Shown piece after piece: positions 24,248-37,208 of a DNA stretch of 64,000 nt (its first letter is position 1; each line of letters starts with the position of its first letter). Source of the stretch: Eledone cirrhosa (taxonomy: Eukaryota); NCBI GenBank assembly GCA_964016885.1, contig OZ024740.1, positions 205,592,001-205,656,000 of the forward strand, given 5' to 3'. The notes beneath the pieces are model-generated. The model did no database searches. It had not been told where the DNA came from and worked only from the letters and a program-made list of their open reading frames with translations. The position numbers and the translations under genes are program-made.

Positions 24248-25665
24248 CTATGTACTATACATGCACCTTTGATGAGTTGTAGTGCACCTGAGCACTGTAC
24301 ACAATAATTCTCATTATTTTTTTTATTATTACCGTAGAAAAGATAAAACAACCAAAAATCATATGAACATAAACATTGTTTTAATTATAGAATCAGTTTT
24401 TTTTGTACATCTATGTATGAGAAAAATATTCAAAGAATTATTCAGTGAATGTTTGCCAACTTTTGACTCACTCAGCTGTATCAAAACAACTTTTAGACAA
24501 CAACTAAATACAATGATCAGGTGATATATTTTTATTTTTAGTTTTGTTTTTAGTTTTATCTACTCCGGTTATATTTGAAGCTGATACATCAAATGGACAT
24601 AAAATCCCTCTGTAACCCTTTTGATACCAAACCATTTGAAACTGCCCATTGTTTTATGATTCAATTTTTTTTCTCCATTTTATGTTTAATATCTATTTAA
24701 AACTCTTGCATCATAATTTTATGTAAGAACCTTTCTTAAGTTATGTTTCAAACACCAGATTAATAATGAGAAAGTTAGTAATATTACTAACCTCTTCCCT
24801 TGCAAATTCTCAATGACTTTTGAAAATTATCCGAAAATCATAGGCAGTGTGTTTCATTAGGAATATGGTAATGAAAGGGCTGATATAATAATTGCTTTAT
24901 CTGCTTCATTTATTTTGTTACAGTTACTTTACTCTGTAATTTGACAACATTCTTGACAAAATATATGTTCCCCAACCTGATTTTGATAAACGTGTTTGCT
25001 ATTTCAGATGATTATCAATGAAAGTCTATTTCTTACAAACGTATGTTGGGGTACTCTACTCCATGTATATATTTATGAAAACAACTGCACCAGCACATAT
25101 AAATATATTTAAGTGTAGATACACTTAACATGTTTTATATGTATGTATTTTAAGTGACATGAGTTTTGAATGACAATTTGTTTTGCCATCATCTTGAAGC
25201 TGCCAAAAGTCACAATTTGAAAATTAGATGATTTACAAGAAGAATGGTGGTGATAGGGCTAACATTTTATTGAAAACAAATTTTTATAATTTTTTTTCTG
25301 ATAATACTAGTCAAACACCAACATTTCTTTTGCCTTTCCAGAAAGTGATTAGTTTACATTTAACAACCATTTTTTTTTTTTTTTTACTTAATTTCTATAT
25401 CACTCGTTCAGAAGTGAAATGGTAAAAATGTATTTAAAACATACTTTAAATGTTGCATTTGATATTTTTGGAATCAAATTTCACCAAAAATATTTTGATT
25501 TGTTCATTCTCTTCCTCCATCTTTTCTTTTTTATTGGGGGTGGGATGGGGTGAGGAAATAGTTGTTAATGAATATGGTAGTATGAAACATCACATTTGTT
25601 TTGTTTTGTCTTTTAAACTCTCCCCTGCCCCTAATAAAGCATGAATCTATGAGATTTGCTGTTGG

Positions 25666-25830
25666 TTAGTCTGACCCTTCCTCATCTGTGTCTGAGCTTC
25701 GACCACCTCTCTGTGCTTTCTTCTTTCTGATCTCTTCCAAAGTAGCTTCCACTGTGTCTTCATAATGAGAAGCCAGTAATGACAATACGTCCTTGTGGGT
25801 GCAGTAATAGAGGAAGAACATGAAGAAATT
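25666..25830 (-). CDS. Adhesion/secretin-type (7tm_2) GPCR, coding exon 9 (end of TM7, helix 8, C-tail, stop)
   Basis: Acceptor ttttctatttcag; NFFMFFLYYCTHKDV...EEGSD*; phase 0 matches the previous exon. Confidence 0.9.
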   Translation of the reverse strand, partial: NFFMFFLYYCTHKDVLSLLASHYEDTVEATLEEIRKKKAQRGGRSSDTDEEGSD

Positions 25831-26989
25831 CTGAAATAGAAAATGAAAAAAAGAACATTCCATTATTTGTAGACGTTTATCAAGTATGAGAGAGATTTTT
25901 GCAGAGGAGAGAATTATTATTCCATCATCTTCATTTTCCATACTAGCATGGGTTAGATGGGCTTTTGCAGTCTATGACTATATGGATCGGAGAACTATAT
26001 TTTGCTTATTCATTCCATTTTAGCCATGGTTTCTATGACTGGGTGCTTTTCCTAACACTAACCACTATACAGAGTGTACTGGGTGCATTTTATCATGAAA
26101 CTAGTATCATTACTTTACAGAGTATAATGAGTGCATTTTATCTTGGGGCACCCAACATTATCCCTTTACAGAGTGTACTAGGTGCATTTTAACATAATGC
26201 CAGCATTACCACTTTAATTGTGTCTTACATTATTTTTGGCAAGCTTTCTTCTGTCTGGATACTCATCCTATCACCGACCCCTTTACAGTGAGAACTGGGT
26301 ACATTTAACTGTGCCACCCACACTAGAGAGGTTGTTTAATAGGATTTAGAGGTCCTCTGTACACTGTATCAGTTTTTATTCAGAATGACTGCTCTCGTAG
26401 ATGGGTTGCTTTCGTTATGACTGTGCAGTCTCATTTTATTCAGAGTGATTGCTTTCCTAGATGAGCTACCTTTCTTTGAAGCTTACGAAGTCCATGCCTG
26501 GCCCATACATTTTTATCTCTTTGGAGTTACTGCTCTCCTAGACAGGTTGCCTTTCCTGTGACCTCATCTACCCACAAGATATCTGCGAATACATGCAGAC
26601 ATGCTAACAAAATCAGAAAACAGTACAGTTCCCATTCGTAAACATTTTTTCATGCTCAGAGTTGCTAAAGCATGGAGCAAGCTACCTGCATCCTTCAAAA
26701 CTTCCATGCTTTTTGAAATTTGCCAACACTACACCTGATATTCCTCCTCCACACACACACACACATGTGTGTGTGTGTCTGTATGTATATCATGATTCAT
26801 ACACTGTTCACTTTCCCGACATCTGTACATTGTTTCATGTACTATACATGTACCTTTGATGAGTTGTAGTGCACTTGAGCACTACACAATAATTTTCATT
26901 ATTATTATTATTATACAAATTATAGCAAGTTAATACATTAATTATACAAATTATAGTCTATTAATAGATTAATTATACAAAGGTGAGCT

Positions 26990-27475
26990 TTAACTTTCAT
27001 CCTTATGGGGTCGATAAAATAAAGTACCAGTAATGTATTGGGGTCGATTTAATCAACTTTCCCTTTCCCCCCAAAAGTGTTCGCCTTGTGCCTAAATCAG
27101 AAAGATTGGTGGATTGGCAGTATCAGTAGAGGGTCAGACGTCATGCTTTCCAGCATAGTTACGTCCCTTTACGATCCGAGTTCAAATCCCGCCGAGGTTG
27201 ACTTTGCCTTTCATCCTTATGGGGTCGATAAAATAAAGTACCAGTAATGCACTGGGAAATTGCTGGCCTTGTGCCTAAAGTAGAAACAATTATTATTGAA
27301 TTGGCAGTATTGGTAGAGGGTTGGACGTCATGCTTTGACGCATAGAGTAGAAACAATTATTATCATTATCATCCTCGTCGATTTAATGTCAGCTTTCCAT
27401 GCTGGCAAGTTCTAATCTTGGTGAGGTTAGCTTTGCCCTTCATCCTTACGGGGTCGATAAAATAAAGTATCACTG
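26990..27475 (+). mobile_element. Cluster of four full or partial Meta-like SINE copies
   Basis: Repeated ctttcatccttatggggtcgataaaataaagtaccag cores; full copy at 27107-27297. Confidence 0.8.
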
Positions 27476-27586
27476 GATTTAACCGACTTTGATAATGAAA
27501 ATAATAATAGTAGTAAAGAATCAGAAAAATATAGATGTCACTTAGTTGAGTTAAACATTGCCATCAGTGAAGTAAAATTATAATTA

Positions 27587-28298
27587 CCGTATATGCTGGC
27601 GTACAAGTCGACATTTTGGGCCTAAAAATATCTCTCCAAACCACGGGTCGACTTGTCCGCCGAATATATAATGTGAACCTTTGCGACTGAGGGGCAAACA
27701 GTGAAACTGCCTGCCTAACACTTGTTGTACACCACTTATCATAACTCTAGCAGCCCACCACAATTATTTCCTACTGAATCTCATATTTGTTATGTCTATT
27801 TAACGTAGAGATTATAATAATTGTTTCTACTTTTTGGCACAAGGCCAGCAATAACCCAGTGCATTACTGGTACTTTATTTTATCGACCCCGTAAGGATGA
27901 AAGGCAAAGTTAACCTCGGCAGGATTTAAACTCAGAATGGCAAGGGCCATAACTCTATGCATCAAAGCATATTGTCCGCCCCTCTACCGATACTGCCAAT
28001 CCACTGCCGTAGAGATTATAATAATATCAATGACTTGGGTAGGGTAGGCTTCCATAGGTTCGTTAAGGTTAGGTAAGGCTGGTTTACTCGGTGAATTAGA
28101 ACTCACTTGAGACTGGAGTGTTTTAGAAGTGTCTTAGCCTTTAGCGCGCCACTAAACTTTTTGAATTATTTCCCCTGCAATTGCCTTATTTTTGAGGGGT
28201 CGTCTTATCCAGCGAATATAGGCCTAAACCTGAATTACACCTCAGAATTTTAGGGGTTGACCTATGCCCCAGATCGACTTGCACACCGGCATATATGG
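27587..28298. mobile_element. Tc2/pogo-like MITE carrying a nested SINE
   Basis: TA|CCGTATATGCTGGCGTACAAGTCGA...TCGACTTGCACACCGGCATATATGG|TA; minus-strand SINE at about 27820-28007 flanked by the TSD cgtagagattataataat. Confidence 0.75.
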
Positions 28299-28477
28299 TA
28301 GTTCAATAAATAGGCACCATTGTAGCATATCACATGGTAGATGGAAAATGTGTGTTTGTGTATATCATGACTCATACACTGTTCACTTTCCTGACTTTTG
28401 TACATTATTCTATGTACTATACATGCACCTTTGATGAATTGTAGTGCACCTGAGCATATTTTCATTATTATTATTAT

Positions 28478-28668
28478 AATTGTTTCTATTTTTGGCACAA
28501 GGCCAGCAATTATCCCAGTGTATTACTGGTACTTTATTTTATCGACCTCTTAAGGATGAAAGGTAAAGTCAACCTCGGCGGGATTTGAACTCAGACCATA
28601 AAGGGCCGTAACTCTTTGCTGCAAAGCATGGTGTCAGACCCTCTACCGATACTGCCAATCCACTGCCC

Positions 28669-28702
<34 letters not shown>

Positions 28703-28900
28703 ATGGCGGTGGATTGGCAGTATCAGTAGAGGGTCGGACGCCATGCTTTGCAGCACAGAGTTACGGCCCTTTACGGTCTGAGTTCAAATCCCGCTGAGGT
28801 TAACTTTGCCTTTCAACCTTATGGGGTTGATACAATAAAGTACCAGTAATACACTGGGATAATTGCTGGCCTTGTGTCAAAAGTAGAAACAATTATTATT
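28478..28900. mobile_element. Head-to-head inverted pair of Meta-like SINEs
   Basis: Minus copy 28478-28667 and plus copy 28705-28900, separated by about 37 bp of mostly (TTA)n. Confidence 0.9.
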
Positions 28901-29261
28901 AGTATCATAATTATATCAGTGTGACAGTGTTTTGAATTACTGGTACAATCAGTCAGACAAGCTTCCAAACTGTTTCACTCTAAGTTATATAATGTAAAAT
29001 AAATAAGGACAATTATTGTATACAGTGCTCAGGTGCACTGTACGTAATAATTTTCATTGTTTTTGTTTATTATGACAGCAAAACAAATGAAATATTCAAT
29101 CAAATTAATGATAGACAAAGTTGGTAAGCATTGGTAAGCAAAGTTGAAAGCAAAACAATGGACTGTTAAGCAAAAGCAGAAAAGAATTTAGGTATGTTTT
29201 TAACAGGATTTTCCATGTTTGTAAATATGGTAAAGTATTAAATAATTTATAAGATACTGAC

Positions 29262-29391
29262 CTGTGGTCCTGCGGTTAAGATGAACAGCCAACCAAAAGG
29301 AAGTGTACCATAGCCAGTGAGAGGAATCAAACCAAACAACCAACCGGTTCCAAACAGATGAATTTCACCAATGAATGTGACAACAATATTC
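29262..29391 (-). CDS. GPCR coding exon 8 (TM6 to start of TM7)
   Basis: tctttacag / gtcagt; NIVVTFIGEIHLFGTGWLFGLIPLTGYGTLPFGWLFILTAGPQ (LFG.GWLFG TM6-type motif). Confidence 0.9.
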
Positions 29392-29409
29392 CTGTAAAGA
29401 GTCATGAGA

Positions 29410-29866
29410 GAAACTAATGTAGGTACACTTGGGTAGAGTTAACCTGTGGTAGATTGGTGGTGCGGTGGGGTGAGGTGGAGGGAAGGATGAGTGGGTTGTA
29501 GCCAGTGGCCTCATACTGGAGATACACTTGGGTAGAGTTCACCTGTGGTAGATTGGTGGTGGGGTGAGTTGTAGCCAGGGTCTCCATATTGAAGATACAT
29601 TTAGTGTTAACCCGTGGTAGATTGGTAGTGGGGTGGGGAAGGATGTGTAGGTTGTGACCAGGGGCCTCACAATGTAGGTACACTTAGCTAGTATTAACCA
29701 GCGGTATATTGGGGTAAGGGGTAGTGTGAGGATGACTGAGCTGTAGTCAAGGGCCCCACAATATTTAAAGGACCCCCAAATCAATGTATTTGCTGTCATA
29801 AAAAATATGCAAGGGCCCAGATGAAAATTTCAGCCAGGGGCCCATACAAACTTAATCCATTCCTGG
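29410..29866. repeat. Degenerate GT-rich tandem repeat ending in a hAT-like terminus
   Basis: Repeated atacacttgggtagagtt.acctgtggtagattggtgg units; the reverse complement of the right end reads CAGGAATGGATTAAG...GGGCCC. Confidence 0.45.
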
Positions 29867-31218
29867 TGCTATCCCTTTTGATATTAAACCATTCAAGACA
29901 GCCCCAGGTTCTAAGATATAAAACCTCTCATTCTAAGATGTCTATATTTAAATTAAAACCTTCCATTATAATTTTAAGTAAGAACTTTTTGTTGTTCCAA
30001 ATACCAACTTAATAATAAAAAAGTTAATTTATGTTACTCCCAAATCTTGATTATTTTCAAAGTTTATTTTATTAGAAATATGGTTAGTAATGGGTTAAAT
30101 AAGATTATAAGATACATAACATGTTTTCTTAAAACACTTTCTAAGGTTTCCAAATAATTTTGAAACTAAGCAAGAATTTGGGGTGATACATACATTCATA
30201 CATACAATTTCATATATTTTGATTTATGAATGTATGTATAGTATATTTGATAATATACTGTATGTTTAATTAAAAACATTTTGAAGAGTATTCACTATGA
30301 ATTTTTAAAGTAGTGACTATGTCACTTATTCTCAGCAAAAACAAAAGGCAGTAATCGACAGTCCTGTTTCTCACTTGTTAGCAGTTATCAAGACTACTCA
30401 CTCCTTCGCTTCTGCCGAGAACTACAGAAGATGGATTCTTATGGAATAAACAGAGCGGTTGCCGGTCCAGCAAAAATTAGGTATTAGTATTGGTGCTCTG
30501 AAATAACGATGTATATATGAATGTATATATAGTATATTTGATTTATATTTATTTGTCAGTAAAGCTATCTATGTTAACCTTTTAAACACCAAACCACATA
30601 AAACTATCTCATTAAATTGTTCAAATTTCAATTCAAATCATGAACTGAAAATAATTATTATATGACAGATAATATTAGATTTCAGTAGTTGAATATTAAT
30701 CTTTTATTATTAATTCTTAACATTCTGTAATGATTTCACAAAAATATCTAAAAACAGGTTTGTTAATTCAAATGTTTATAGTATCTTTACTAGTGGACAG
30801 ATCATAGTGAAAATTTGCAATAAACTAAAGTAATGACTAATTATGAATATGATATCATCATAGCGATGTTTTCTACTTGCTAGGAGAATTTTGCTAATGT
30901 GGTTTCTTGTGGTACAGGACATTAGGAGTGAAATTAAAAGGTGAGGGTGGTGAGTTGGTAGAATCATTAGAATGTCTGTGAAACTGCTTTGTAGCATTTA
31001 GTTATGAATTTTTAGGTTCTAAGTTCAAATCCTGCTGAGGTCAACTTTGCCTTCCATCCTTCCGAGCTCAATAAATTCAAGTACCAGTCAAGTACTAGGG
31101 TTGATATAATCAACTTTCTTCTTCCATCAAATTGCTGTGCCTAAATGGGAAATCCTTAAATTAAAAGGTAATTATTTCATTAAACCTCTTCTAATTTGTT
31201 TTATTGGTTTCAGTCATT

Positions 31219-31305
31219 AAACTGCAGCGATGCTGGTGTCTTGTCAATAAACTGCAGCGATGCTGGTGTCTTGTCAATAAACTACAGCGATACTGGTGTC
31301 TTGCT
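31219..31305. repeat. Three-copy 29-bp tandem repeat
   Basis: aaactgcagcgatgctggtgtcttgtcaa repeated. Confidence 0.8.
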
Positions 31306-31409
31306 CTAGTCAATCATCTTGATCTCAGTACTACTTATTTTTTCATATCTGGTACTTAATTCATTGATCTTTTTTGTCAAACTGCTAAAATATGGAGGCC
31401 AACTTCATA

Positions 31410-32810
31410 GGAAGACCTTTTCCATGCCTGCTATCAGGAATGTACCTAGGGTTTTCCTCTCTTCAGGGAGGTGCATTCTCATGAGGTGGAAAGAATACTT
31501 TGCTGATCTCCTAAACCTGGTCACAACAGCATTTTCTGATGTACATGAGATGCATCAAGGAGCGATGACTAACTCTCAGAGACTGAGGTCACCAGAGCAA
31601 TTAAAGAGCTCAAATGTGGCAAAGGCCTCTGGGGAGAATGAAATCCAACCCAAGATGTTAAAAACCTTAAATATAAAAAGTGTTTTCTGGCTGACTCATG
31701 TGTGCCAGATGACCTGGTACCAAAGCAATGGCAATCAGGAGTGATAATCACAATTTTCAAAAAGGGAGACAAGTGGGATTGCTCTAAGGTATATGACTGC
31801 CTTCCACAGGACTTATTGTGGAATATTCTGTGGGAGTATGAGATTAATGGACATCTTTTTGTTACCTTGAAGTCCCTATATGAATGCCCTAGTATTTGTG
31901 TTCAGATAAATGGTGCTAAGTCAAAACCATTCAATGTGGGTTCTGAACTCTCCCAAGGATGCGTACAATCATCTCTCTTGTTCATAATCTTCATGAACAG
32001 GATTGACATGCACAGCCAGGTTGGAAGTGGTATCAAGACCGGTGTGTATAGAATCAGCTGGCTTGAATTTGCAGATGAATATGGTACTGCTTAGCTTGTA
32101 GGAAAGGGATCTCCAGCATATACTGGACAGGTTTGCTGCTGAATACTGCACAGCAAGAATGGAAATTAGTGCTGCGAAGACTGAGACAATCATCCTCTCA
32201 ATGAAGCCTGTGCAGTTCACTCTACATATGAATGGAGTTCCATGTGTAATGGAAGGTAGGAGGCTGAATTAAATGTAAGAATTGCAGGAGTTGGTGTAGT
32301 AATGTGCCAGCTTCAGCATTTGGTCTTCAGAAAAAGAGAGGCACTATTTTCAATTCAGTATTTGTGCCAACCCTTACTTATGGTGATGAATCTTGGGTAA
32401 TGACCAAATGAATACGATTGCAAATATGAGTAGTTGAAATGGAGTTCCTCTAAAGGGTCTTTTGAGTAATGTTACTTGATAGGGTGTGTAGCCCAGAGAG
32501 TCTCTCCAGGTAGAGCTGCTACTTCTCTGAATTGAGCAATCACAGATCTGACACTATGGACATGAATAATCAGAATGTCCAAGGAAGTAATCACTGGACA
32601 AATTTTACAGGCCAAGCCAACAGGCAAGAGATACAGAGGTTGACCCTGAGCCAGAAGGTTGGATAATATCCATGAACTCGATTAGATTCACTTGGGGATC
32701 TAGCCAGATCAATTGGAGATGGTTGCTTCCGATAGAACCTGCTGGAAGGCATCTGAAGACTCTGTCCCCATGACCCTCTCAGGAATAAGTGGGCAAAGAG
32801 AAGATGTATG
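31410..32810 (+). mobile_element. Decayed, internally deleted RTE (Expander-like) LINE, RT and 3' end, intronic
   Basis: RWKEYFADLLN, KASGENEI, WQSGVIITIFKKGD, QGCVQSSLLF, FADE motifs. Confidence 0.85.
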
Positions 32811-32939
32811 GTAAAGAAACATAAAAAAAAAACCCATAGTGGATGATGATTCATCTGAAAATGTTGGGGCTGGAGAGAAAGTTTCACTATTAAAACCTCT
32901 ACATACTTTTCTTTTCCCTTTTATTTAATGATGACTTAC

Positions 32940-33031
32940 GTTAGTTTATGTTTCATGGATCTTCTTTCTTCTTTCTCACAATCTTTCTTCCATCGGTTCC
33001 ACAGAGATAGTACGAAAACCAAATGATTAAA
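32940..33031 (-). CDS. GPCR coding exon 7 (end of TM5, ICL3)
   Basis: ctttcactttag / gtaagt; FNHLVFVLSLWNRWKKDCEKEERRSMKHKL; keeps the family-B TM5 Asn. Confidence 0.88.
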
Positions 33032-34775
33032 CTAAAGTGAAAGAAAAATATGAAAGAATCGTAAGAGAATTTCTTATTTTAATTTTCAATGTTAGATCAA
33101 TTATAGGAATTAAAAAAATTAACTCTTTTGATATCAAAACACTCAAAGCTATTCCTGGCTCTATAAAGAAATTTATTTGTTTTCAAGTGTTAATGTTTAA
33201 ATTAAAACCTTCCAATATATTTTTTTGTTAGAATCTTTACTGACGTTTGGCCCTGAAGGAAAGGAACCAATCAGATTGGACCAAGGAAATTATTGGTCTT
33301 TTCATTGCTAATACTTATCTGCTAGTCATAAATTTTAGAAGAAGGAACCAGATTTGAATGCAGAATGTATAGAACTGGATCAGATACTGCAAAGCATCCC
33401 ACCTGACTTTAACAATTCCACAAACCCACTGTACATGAACTTGTACTTTATTTTTCCTAAGTTTTTTATTATTTTCAATATTAACTGAAAATCAGAGAAA
33501 GGCACTCTTCTTAGTGCTTGGGCCACAATAAAATGCACCCAGTACATCCAGTAAGGTGGTTGGTGATAGTAAGGGTATCCAGCTGTAGAAACCATGCCAA
33601 AAGAAGGATCAAGAGGACTCTTCAGTTGTATCAAGAGCACAACACCCTCTCTAGTGTTGATTATCTACACTATAAATGCATCCAATTCACCCTTTAAAGT
33701 CATTAGTGATAGGAAGGGCATCCAGCCCTATAAAACCTACCTATCAAACAAAAGGTTGAGGGGACTCTTCATGTGTCAAAGACATGACAACCTTCCTAGC
33801 ATTGGTGTCCACTTAGTAGAGTGTGGAAATGTATGTAAGTGAAGTGCAGGCCCACAGACTATGTGAGAGGTCACCACAGTTGTATGTGAGATGTGGACCC
33901 CAGGCCCATCTGAGAGGTTGCCACAGTTGTGTATGAGATGTGGACTCCTGGCCCAACTGTGTGGTTAGTAGCTCTGATTAAGTACTGACTTGGTCCATGA
34001 TGACCTGTCCAGCTTTTGCTAGCAGGGAAAACAGATATTAAATGATGATGAGTGTACAGGTAAGTGGATTTGCTGAATTTTATATCATTACAGCAGTTGT
34101 TTTTACTTCAGGATGTTGTTTCTACAGCTAAATATTGAAGCATGAATTAGGAGGAAAATAATGTAGTATAGTTAATAAAAATCATTGTGAGATATGTAAT
34201 AAATAACTGATAAGTTTCAGTAAGCCAGTACAATGTGGTAGAAATATATAAAGAGCAAAGGATGAAAAATAAAACAAGATAGAAGAACAGTGATTGTTCG
34301 TTTTTTTTTTTTTTTGAAAAGAGGGTAATAGCTCTGAAATATCGTTGAAATATTCTGGTTAAAACAGTGATAAATTATGACATACATGTGTACAACAATC
34401 AAAACAACTTTTTCTAGTTTGTCAACTACCTCATTCTCTGATGGTCACCATCATGTTGGACCAAGGAAGTAATGTTTCCATTAGTCTTTCCAGTGCTGAT
34501 AATGTATGTCAGCAGAAGAAACATGAAATAAAGTATTTTGTTCAAGAATACAATGCCTCACTTGGTCCAGGAAACAAACCCATGACCTTATGAGCATGAG
34601 TCTAACACTTTAACTTATAGGTCACATGCCTTCACCTCTGATGGTGAGAACATATTAAAATAAAACCAGAAGAATGTCCTACTAATTGTTAGTGATTTCA
34701 TCACCTGTTTGATGTGAGTGATGTCCACATAACAAAATGACACAACAACAGATAAATACCAATTTTTCTACTTAC

Positions 34776-34836
34776 ACAAAGAATACAATAGACAGGTCCC
34801 ATGAAGATCCATTGTGTCCAGTCTGTGAGCCAGCAT
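34776..34836 (-). CDS. GPCR coding exon 6 (ECL2 CW motif, TM5)
   Basis: ttttattacag / gtaagt; CWLTDWTQWIFMGPVYCILC (CW...W.F.GP signature). Confidence 0.92.
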
Positions 34837-35569
34837 CTGTAATAAAACCAACCAGTTAAATAAAATACAAGACAATAAAGACACTTAACCCTTTAGTATT
34901 TAAACCGGCTGTATCCAGCCATAACTCTTTTGCTTATTGATACAGTAGTTTAAATTGTAGTGTGGTGACCCCATAATTTTAACAGAAAAAGCCCCCAAAA
35001 TTTGATTTTTATATATATTTTAAATTTCATAATTTCAATATCAATTCTAATTTTGATTTTGAAGATATTTTTACAATTCTTTTTTTAAAAATTAATCAAA
35101 TATCTCGCTGTTATTGTTTAAAGAAACAGTGTGAATGACTGAGTCAAAGAGTTATTTGGTAAAGGCAATGAGATTTAATCTCCTTTATAACAGTTGGGTT
35201 CCCTAATTGTAAAACAGTACCATTGCTAAGCTGGAGTGTATTACCACAGGAAAGCTCAATTGTGTATAATCTTCTTCTTCTGTACCTCTCACTCCTCCTC
35301 ACCTCCTTCCTCCTATGCACCCAGTATCCCCTGTAAGATGGTTGGTGACAGGAAGAGTATCTAGCTATAGAAACCATGCCAAATATGGAAAGTATGAACA
35401 AGATGTAGTCACCTGATCAGTCTAGCTTCAGAACGTGATGACATCCTGTTCAACCCAAGCTATAAAAATGATGATGATGATGGTGGTGGTGGTGGTGGTG
35501 GTGATGATGATGATTACAAACAGATTTAAACTATCAATTCTGAGATATAGTTAGAAAGTATTTACTTAC

Positions 35570-35700
35570 ATTTTTCCATTGATGAGATTATCAGGGTAAT
35601 ATATGACAATTGGTATAATACCAGCCCATGGTATACCATAACCCACTATCATGTACATAATACGCCGAAAATGTTTACTTCCATGGATTCCTATCGTACA
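35570..35700 (-). CDS. GPCR coding exon 5 (ICL2, TM4)
   Basis: tttgtccag / gtaagt; CTIGIHGSKHFRRIMYMIVGYGIPWAGIIPIVIYYPDNLINGK (G[YW]GxP motif). Confidence 0.92.
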
Positions 35701-36761
35701 CTGGACAAACATGACCAAAGAAAAGAAGACTTTAAACATACATAGTTAAATATTTTAAAACATTTTCAAACAGAAATACACACATATATTGAATTAGAAT
35801 TATTTAGGGCAAATGTTAGCAATGGAGACTTCTGCTATCCTTGGCCCTAGAAATACCTCCCTGCTCACCACCATTGGCACGGAGTTGGCTACCCACAGGT
35901 GTGAGCCTCGCGAGCTAGAATGACTCTTCCAATGTGTCTCCCTCATCATCCTCCAGGGAAAAAAACCTTCTCTATTCTGTCCATTGGGGCCACGGGGTGG
36001 TCAGCGCATGGGTTCCCATTTGCATATAATAGTGAGAGATGGGGAGAACGAGAGATACAGAGGCAGTGAATGAAAGAGAGAGAACATCAACACACACACA
36101 CGCTCTTGATAAGTCAAAGAAAGTTGTGAAGAGTGAAAATTCTATTGGTCAATCAACTTTCTTGTAGTAATAACAATAATAAAAATAATCACTAAATGTA
36201 GAACTGTAAATTCAAGTTTTTTTACACATCTACAGATACAAAACTTTGGAGACCTCCAAACTAGTAAATCCATCCCTTGTGGATGCATTATTCACTAAGC
36301 ATTTATTCCCTCCTGTGTGTCTATATGGATCACTTTGTGAAGCTCCAATTTAAATGTTTTCATTTCATAAGACATTAATATTGGCAAATACAGTTACTTT
36401 CAATTTCTGAACTTTTATCAGCATTTTCTGAGTGGAAGAGTAATTTTTGGTCTTTTGAAAACATGAAAACTGTTGAATTTATTTAGAATAGATTTCCTGT
36501 TTGCCTCACTGTTTGCAACCTGGTTACAAACACAGTTCCACTGCAGTTCCCGGGTTACAAACAGTGTGACGAAAATCTTGACAGCAAGAAATAAATGATA
36601 AATATAGAGAGAATTTAGTAGCTTTCATATATTTTTGAATGACTAAAATGATTCTTCCATGATGTAATTGCTTTAGTTTGAACGCATGGTCTCAGATCAA
36701 GACACTTGTCAAACAACAATAACTCCAAAATTCATCAAAATATAAAATATAAGTTACTTAC

Positions 36762-36854
36762 ATCTGCTAACTTCCAACAGGCATAAAGAAACATCCAACT
36801 AAATGAAGACGTATACAGGAACACTATCGCCACCGTTGCAGCTATACAGAAGGA
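36762..36854 (-). CDS. GPCR coding exon 4 (TM3)
   Basis: ctcattacag / gtaagt; SFCIAATVAIVFLYTSSFSWMFLYACWKLAD (top-of-TM3 Cys, FxWM). Confidence 0.92.
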
Positions 36855-37208
36855 CTGTAATGAGAATTAAGAATAAAATAAAACAAAAAACAAACAAAAA
36901 ACAAAAGACAAAACACAACAAAAAACAAAACACAAAACACAAAACAAAAAGAATAGAATAAAACAAAATAAAATAAAAATAATAATATCAACATAATTCC
37001 AGGTGTTATCAGAGCTTTGGACTGAATACCACTAAAACTGAGAAACAAATAGACCTTGAATCACATTGGTGTCAGGTAGTGTACATATACAATGTATTGT
37101 CTGTCTAAGGTCCTTGTGGAGTCTTGACAAGTAATAAAAGATCCATATATCATATGTACTGTGCAGACCCTCAATAATAATATTTTTTTGTAAGGTATCT
37201 CTAGCAAT

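Noticed and set aside
25008-25040. Plus-strand mini-exon candidate (tttcag...gtatgt), plus a similar one at about 30428-30480
   Set aside because: No coherent multi-exon frame could be built; such signals arise by chance in AT-rich DNA.
33403-33484. Minus-strand exon-like segment (LILKIIKNLGKIKYKF...) with a good acceptor
   Set aside because: 82 nt would shift the frame, and exons 6 and 7 already join to give an intact TM5.
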